This document shows, piece after piece, positions 53,450 through 64,000 of a DNA stretch of 64,000 nucleotides. The position numbers and the translations under genes were made by a program. Position 1 is the first letter of the stretch. Every line of letters starts with the position of its first letter. Source of the DNA: Neocallimastix sp. 'constans' (lineage: Eukaryota). The notes under the pieces were generated by a model that saw only the letters and a list, made by a program, of their open reading frames with translations, had not been told where the DNA came from and ran no database searches. The DNA lies in assembly GCA_050613775.1 (NCBI GenBank), contig JBODTK010000124.1, positions 62,001 to 126,000 of the forward strand, written 5' to 3'.

Positions 53450-54133
53450 ATTTTTATTTTGAAATTATTTTGATGAATTATTATTTATTAGAAATATAAA
53501 TAAATAAATATATAAATAAATAAATAGATAATAATATATTTAAATTTTTATTCAATTAAAATTCAATTAAAATTACTTACTGTAAAAAGATTTTGACATT
53601 TCTTTTGGTTTATTTGATTTTTTTGTGTTTTCTGTATTTTCTGTGGTATTATCATTACGTACACTTGTTATATCGGAGAGACTTAAGACATTAAAATTTT
53701 GACCTAAATTTTGAAGACTAGAAGTTCTATAAAAATTTTGATTATTTAGTGAATTGCTGAAACCGTTAAAACTTAAACGGTTAAAATTGGAACTCCATTC
53801 GTTATGCCTTGATGGTAACATGTCATCAATAGGGGGTATATAATAATCTTCACCAAATTCTTGTTGAACTTCATTTTCATAGGGGTAATCTTCTTGACTA
53901 TTTAAATAACTGCTATCATTTCCTCCCAGTTGCTCATCATAAAATTCGGGCATAGGATCACAGATGTCAGTGATAGTGATTTCCGGTGGAATTTGACCAA
54001 AATCGGCATCACTAAAAACAACTTCTCCAAGAAAATCCGGTCTTTTAATATCTTTAAAATAATTATTTAAATAGTTTTGAAAAGATAATGCAATATCGGA
54101 ATCAAGTTTATCCCAAAAAATTTCAAATGACAT
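51599..54133 (-). CDS. MDM12: ERMES subunit Mdm12 (SMP domain), 5 exons
   Basis: MSFEIFWDKLD...RPDFLGEV...FGQIPPEITITDICDPMPEFY; LILNKPTPAFMTLPIKL; ESELGDENKQVLKNISKIEGF...IFPNY. Exons 54133-53581, 53164-52562, 52256-52187, ~52039-51988 and ~51717-51599. Confidence 0.92.
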
Positions 54134-54692
54134 TTTTTTTTTATTAGTATTTTCTTTTATTTTTTATTTTTATTTTTTTTTTTTACTTTTTTTACTTTTA
54201 TTTTTATTTTTATTTTATTAATAAATAATAAATTATTTTATTTAATTATATATATAAATAGGTAATGTTTAATTTTTATTTCATTTAATAGATTATTTTT
54301 TTATTATAAAAAAAAAAAAATAAATATGAAATTTTGAAATTGAATTATTTTAATTTGAAATTTGTGAATTATGATATAATGTTTTAATAATTATTTTTTT
54401 ATTTTTTATTTAATTATTTTTTAATTTTTATTATATTATATTATTATTATTATTATTTTTAATAATTTATTTATTCATGTATTTATTAATATATTTAAAT
54501 ATATATTTTTTAGGGTATTAATTCTAGCTCTTTTGTATATATTTATATTATATTATTGTTTATGACGAAACATTTAATAATTTCATATGAAATAAGAATA
54601 AGCTCTTTTTTTTTTAAATTTTTTTTTTTTTTTTTTTTTTAGAACAGAATTTTTTTTTACTTTAATTTTATATTATTATACACAGATTTATA

Positions 54693-54725
<33 letters not shown>

Positions 54726-55052
54726 TTTAGAAAAGTATTATAATTTTTATTATATTATTTGTTTTATTAATTTTTTTTTTTAAACAAAAATATTTATAAA
54801 TATAAAAGTTTTAAATTAAGGGCATACATTATAAATTATTTATATATAAATATATATTTAAAATAATAATGACAAAGTAAATAAGTAAATTAAATAATAG
54901 TAAATCAATTACTGTTTGTTCAAAATAAAAATAAAAACTAAAATAAATATTATTTGAAAATATTTTAATAATTATTCAATAATATACATATATAAAAAGT
55001 TAATAGATTATATTTTATATTATAAATCATTTTAAATCGTTTTATGTTTTAT

Positions 55053-55095
<43 letters not shown>

Positions 55096-55119
55096 AAATT
55101 TATTTACATTAATAGAACC

Positions 55120-58630
<3,511 letters not shown>

Positions 58631-59299
58631 CTTTAATAATATATTTATACAAATAAATATATACTAAGAAATAATAAAATGTGAATTAAATTAAATATGA
58701 TAAATAATTAAATAATTATTTCTATAATAATTATAAAAATGACTTAAATATATAAATAAATAATTTAATATTTTTAAAATTTCAAATTAGAAAAATATTA
58801 TTTAATAAAATATATATATAAAAAAAATTTTTTATATTTTTTATATTTTTAAAAAAAAAAAATATTTAAAATGTTAATATATATAAAAAGATTTATGATA
58901 TATATTATATGAAATTTTCCTTTTACTTTATTTCATATTAATTTTTTTTTTATTAAATGGATTCTACTACTTTTGTTATTTTTTTTTTTTTTTTTTCAAA
59001 ATATAAACTATGTATACATTATAACTTTGATCTACGCAAATAATTTAATTAAAAAATTTTTAAAATGAATTGAGCTTAACATATTTAATATTTTATTCAT
59101 TGTATCAAATAAATAAATAAATAAATAAATAGTTGTGATGACGTTATTTTTTTACATCCAAAAATTCATTATAATAATAATTGTACTACCAAAAAAAAAA
59201 GTAAAAATAACAATAATGATATTCATTCATAAAAATATAAAAATATTATTAATAATAATATACATATTTATTTAAAATATAAATAAAAAAAAAAAAATT

Positions 59300-59330
<31 letters not shown>

Positions 59331-62318
59331 TGTATATATTAATAGATAAAAATTAACATTTAAACCAATTATATATATTTAAGAAAAACAAGAAAATTGT
59401 TTATTTATACATTCACTCAAAATTATATTAGAGAAACTTTACTTATTAAAGTTCTTAAACCAAAGTGAATTTATCTGATGAAGAAAGAGTTATATATTAT
59501 TAAAAAAATATATTTTTTTTAACTTTTTCTTTTAAGAAATATGATTTAAAACTAACGTAATTTATTATATATGATATTCACTATTAAACCATGTTACTGA
59601 TTAAAAGTATATTTCGATTATTAAATTATTAATAAAAAATAACACATATATTTAACTTAGTCATAAAAAATATAATATATATATATATTTATATATTTTA
59701 TTGGAAATGAATTAGAATTAATTAAATTAATCAATTAATTAATAATTATAATATTGATATAATATATACAAAATTATAAGAATGAAATAATATAATAACT
59801 ATTTTTTGTAATGTTATAACAATTCTAAAAAAAATATATTAATTTTTTATAGTTGTAAACATTAAACATGATATCATTTAATTTTTAATTACATTTTTTT
59901 AGAATCTTAAAACTTATAAGTTTTTAATAATATAATTGAATTTTATATAAAATACGTATCTAATACAATAAATATCTATTATATTAATTATCAATAATAA
60001 TAATAAAAATAAATAATTTTTTAATATCATATAGAACTAATAGTTCATTTTTCCATGATTAAAATATATATTAATTATTATTATATAATAATTCTAAAAA
60101 TTTTGTCCTTTTATTTCCTTTTTATTATCCAATAAAAGTTAATAATATATATATTTTTTACTTTATTACAATGTTTCTGGAATACAATATTAAAGTATTT
60201 GATTTAAATAATAAAGTCATAGCAAGCTATTTGTTTTACACACTTTAAATTAACTTAAAAAAAAATATATGAAAAAGAAAAAGATTGTTATAAATATACA
60301 TATATGTCGTATGTCGTATGTTAGTTTCTTTTAATTACAAATAAAAATAGTTTTGGGGTCATTTACAAATAAATTTGCTAATATTTTTATTCCTTTTTCT
60401 ATATTATTTATTAACTAATTTAATAAAATTTAATAATGTCATAAATGATTATTTATTTATTTATTTTTTTTTTATTTGGTAAAAATAAAAAAGGAAAAAA
60501 AAATTATTATATAAAGTTACATCAATTATCAAATTATAATATACAATATAAATATTTTGAATATTTTATATATTTACAGATGACATATTCTCTTAACAAA
60601 TAAAAAAAAAATTAAGTCATTATTAGAATTATTCTATTTTAAATTACTTTTAATTTATTTATTTCCTTATTATGTTCATTATACCATTTTAATTTATTTT
60701 CTATTTTTTTTTTTTTTTTTTTAACCATTTAAGCCAATAAATTGTAAAAAATAAATAATGGATAGATTGTACAAATTTTAAACTTTAATTATTATAAAAA
60801 AAATAAAAAAAATAAATTAAAATAGATTAAAGTAAAATTCATATTCAAATTAATAATACAATAAATAAATTCAATATATACAATTTATAATACAATAAAA
60901 TATAAGAAAAAAGAAATAAATAAATTAAATAAATAAATTGAATAAATTATTGTTAACTATAAATCAATGTTTTGATATATATTAAAAGATCATATATGTA
61001 AAAAGATCTATATATTTAAGTTTACAAAAACTCATTAACAACCTCGAGAATTTCACTAGTGAAAGATAATATTATAAAAACAATCTAAATGATTAAATAA
61101 AGTGTTAAAAAAAAATCTATATATATATTTATATTACAATTATAACTATTATATATTAAATATATACAAATTAATTAAAATAATGAATTATTAATTTATG
61201 TTAATTTATATGACGTAATAATATTATTGTATATATATATATAAAAAAATTCCTTTTATTATAAATTTTTTCAATGATACATTTTTATGTAATATAGGAA
61301 ATTTAAATATAAAAGGATGTACCTTTGATGATCAAATTATACATATAACATATATATATATTAATATATTTATTAATAGTAATTAAATTTTATTTTTATT
61401 TTTATTTTATTATTATTATTATTATTTTTATTTTTATCTTTATTTTTATTTTTATTTTTATTTTTATTTTTATTATTATTATTATTTTTATTTTTACTTT
61501 TATTTATATATATATATATATTTGTATATGTGTATATATAATTAACTAAAAAAAATCGATAAATTAAAATATAGTTAACTTTGAGTCACTATTTCTCAAT
61601 AGTTGAGATAATTTTATTTATAATGACTTTGTCATAACTAATTAACAATATATTTTATAAAGCAATTCATATTCTTATAGTTAATATCTTGAAATATGGG
61701 ACACAATGAAGTGGGGAAATAAATAATAAATAATAATAAATAAGTAATAATAAATGAATAATAAATAATAGAAATGAATAATAAATAATAGATAATAAAT
61801 TATAAATAATAAATAATTAAGTAAATAATAAATAATAAATAATAAATAATAATAAATTATAATACAATATGGAATAATAAATAATTAAAATAAAATATAA
61901 TTTGAGTTACAAATAAATAATATAAGATTTATTAAATAGCATTATAAATAAATAATTAACAATATAAAGGAAAGATAAATAGAAATAAATATATTGAGTA
62001 AATATTAAAAGAAAATAATTGAATTTTTCTATAAAAAAAAAGTAAAAAATATTTATTAAATAAAACAATAAATAAATTAATTGATTTTATATTAATTTAA
62101 TATGATAATAATGAAATTATCAACATTATAATTACAGAGTTTCAAATAATTATATTTCCATATAAATAACCATATTATTTATAATTATTTTCTAGTTTTT
62201 TATTTATTTATTTATTTATTTAGAAGTTATTAGTTAATGAAAAAATTAATATTTATACACATAATCTATAATAATTAATAATAAAACATAAATTAATGCA
62301 TGTATAATAATCACCTAC

Positions 62319-62350
<32 letters not shown>

Positions 62351-62398
62351 GATTTAACAGACTAATAAACAAATAGAAAATAAAAAAAAAAAAAAAAA

Positions 62399-62439
<41 letters not shown>

Positions 62440-63800
62440 AAAATAAAAAAAAAATTAAATTAATTAAATAGAATATTTTATTAAATAATAAAGATAAAAT
62501 TGGGTAACACAATATAAATTAAAAAACAATTGAAAGATTGAAACACAATTTTATGTATAAAATAATACTATTTAAGGTTTATATCTAATATGAAAAAATT
62601 TTTTATTTTTTTTTTATTTTCTATAATTCCTAAATTTTCTTTAAAACATTTCAATTATTTATTTTTTATTTATTTTATATTTATTTTTATTTGTGAAATT
62701 TAAGTATAATTTTGATAGTAACTTATGATTTAGAATATATACTAATAACAATTTTAGCCTTTCATATATTGTATATTTAATTTGGAGTTAATTAATAAAA
62801 AAGAAATATATTTAATATTAATGATTAGAAAAATCTTAAACTAAATTCGAAATTCTTTAGTAAAAAAAAAAAAAGAAAACAATATCAACATACTAATAAT
62901 AATGAATAATTAGACACAAAAACTTCGAAAGGAATGAATATAATGTATTATCCTTGATTTATTTATAACTTATTTTAATCAATAAAATATTAAAACTATA
63001 TTTAAATATTATTTTAATTTAATTAAATGAATAAAGTTTAAATATTATTAAAAATAATAATTAAATAAATAATTAAATAAATAATTAAATTTATAGTAAA
63101 TAATAAATTAAACCGTTTTAAATAAATAAGAGTAATACTTTATATAATAAATAAATTTAAATAAATAAATTAATATATTACTCTAATAAATAATACAAAA
63201 ATTAATATAAATATTAAATTTTAAATATAAATATCAATAAGTATATATATATATATTATAATTTAATAAAAATGTGTACCTTTTTACTATTTAAGGAAGT
63301 GTTGAATAATATCTTTTATAATCTTAAAAATTTTCTGCTTATAGTTAATATTTTTTTAAAAAAAATATATATAAATTTGTTGTATTTTCTTCATATTTAT
63401 TTTTATTTCTTTTTTTTTGTTTTTTTTTTTTAAAAAAAAATTAAAATAAAATACAGTATATATACATGTATTACATGAATAGTTATATAAAGGAGTTTTA
63501 AAATGGAATAAATAAATATATATATATACTAAACCTATTATATTTTATTCCTTTTTTAATTATTTAATAAAATCATATTAATAATTATTAATAATATATA
63601 TTATTAATAATAAAAGTATTCGTAACTATCTAAATCAATAAAAAAAATTATTACATATAGTAGTAATATTATATATAATTATAATTATATATAATATAAA
63701 AATAGTATAAATATATTATATATAAATTATTATTTTTTCTTTCTGTTTATTTATCCTATATATAAAAAGAATCACTTATTTAAGATAATAACATAATAAA

Positions 63801-64000
63801 ATGTTAACGCCAGAAGATATTGCAAATAAAATTGAAACAGAAGGTCATTACTTTATAGAAACAAATAGAAGTAATGCTGGTTATATAAGGTGGTTGACTA
63901 GTAAAGGAACAAATATGACATGTTATCTAAATTATTTGAATAGCCTTGATAAAGAAGGAGAGTTAAATAATAAAATTGATACCATTAGAGTTATCATTTA
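63801..64000 (+). CDS. Partial ORF running off the window, unknown product
   Basis: MLTPEDIANKIETEGHYFIETNRSNAGYIRWLTSKG... stays open for 66 codons with raised GC. Confidence 0.6.
   Translation, partial: MLTPEDIANKIETEGHYFIETNRSNAGYIRWLTSKGTNMTCYLNYLNSLDKEGELNNKIDTIRVII

Overview
Very AT-rich, intron-rich eukaryotic DNA with long (AAT)n, (AAAT)n, (ATTTT)n and poly-A/T tracts. The gene set is fungal (Ppz-type phosphatase, Mdm12), and an anaerobic gut fungus (Neocallimastigomycota) is the most likely source; this is inferred, not shown. The left third (1-21 kb) is mostly decayed mobile DNA. It holds an intron-retaining pseudogene copy of the TMEM94-like gene, two small non-autonomous LTR elements inserted in one of its (AAT)n tracts, a deleted Ty3/Gypsy element, and three Mutator-like (MULE) transposase copies associated with an inverted composite satellite. 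The rest carries host genes: a secreted protein with two Cys-rich repeats, a TMEM94/ERMA-like protein, a Ppz-like phosphatase, an unknown signal-peptide protein, MDM12, a HAT2/RBBP4-like WD40 protein and a partial ORF at the window edge. Best leads: (1) both LTR elements carry a primer-binding site complementary to the 5' half of tRNA-Lys(CUU); (2) 2-, 4- and 5-nt micro-exons are needed to restore conserved protein motifs; (3) a structured GC-enriched non-coding island lies near 24.7-25.0 kb. Family calls come from recalled motifs; no database searches were run.
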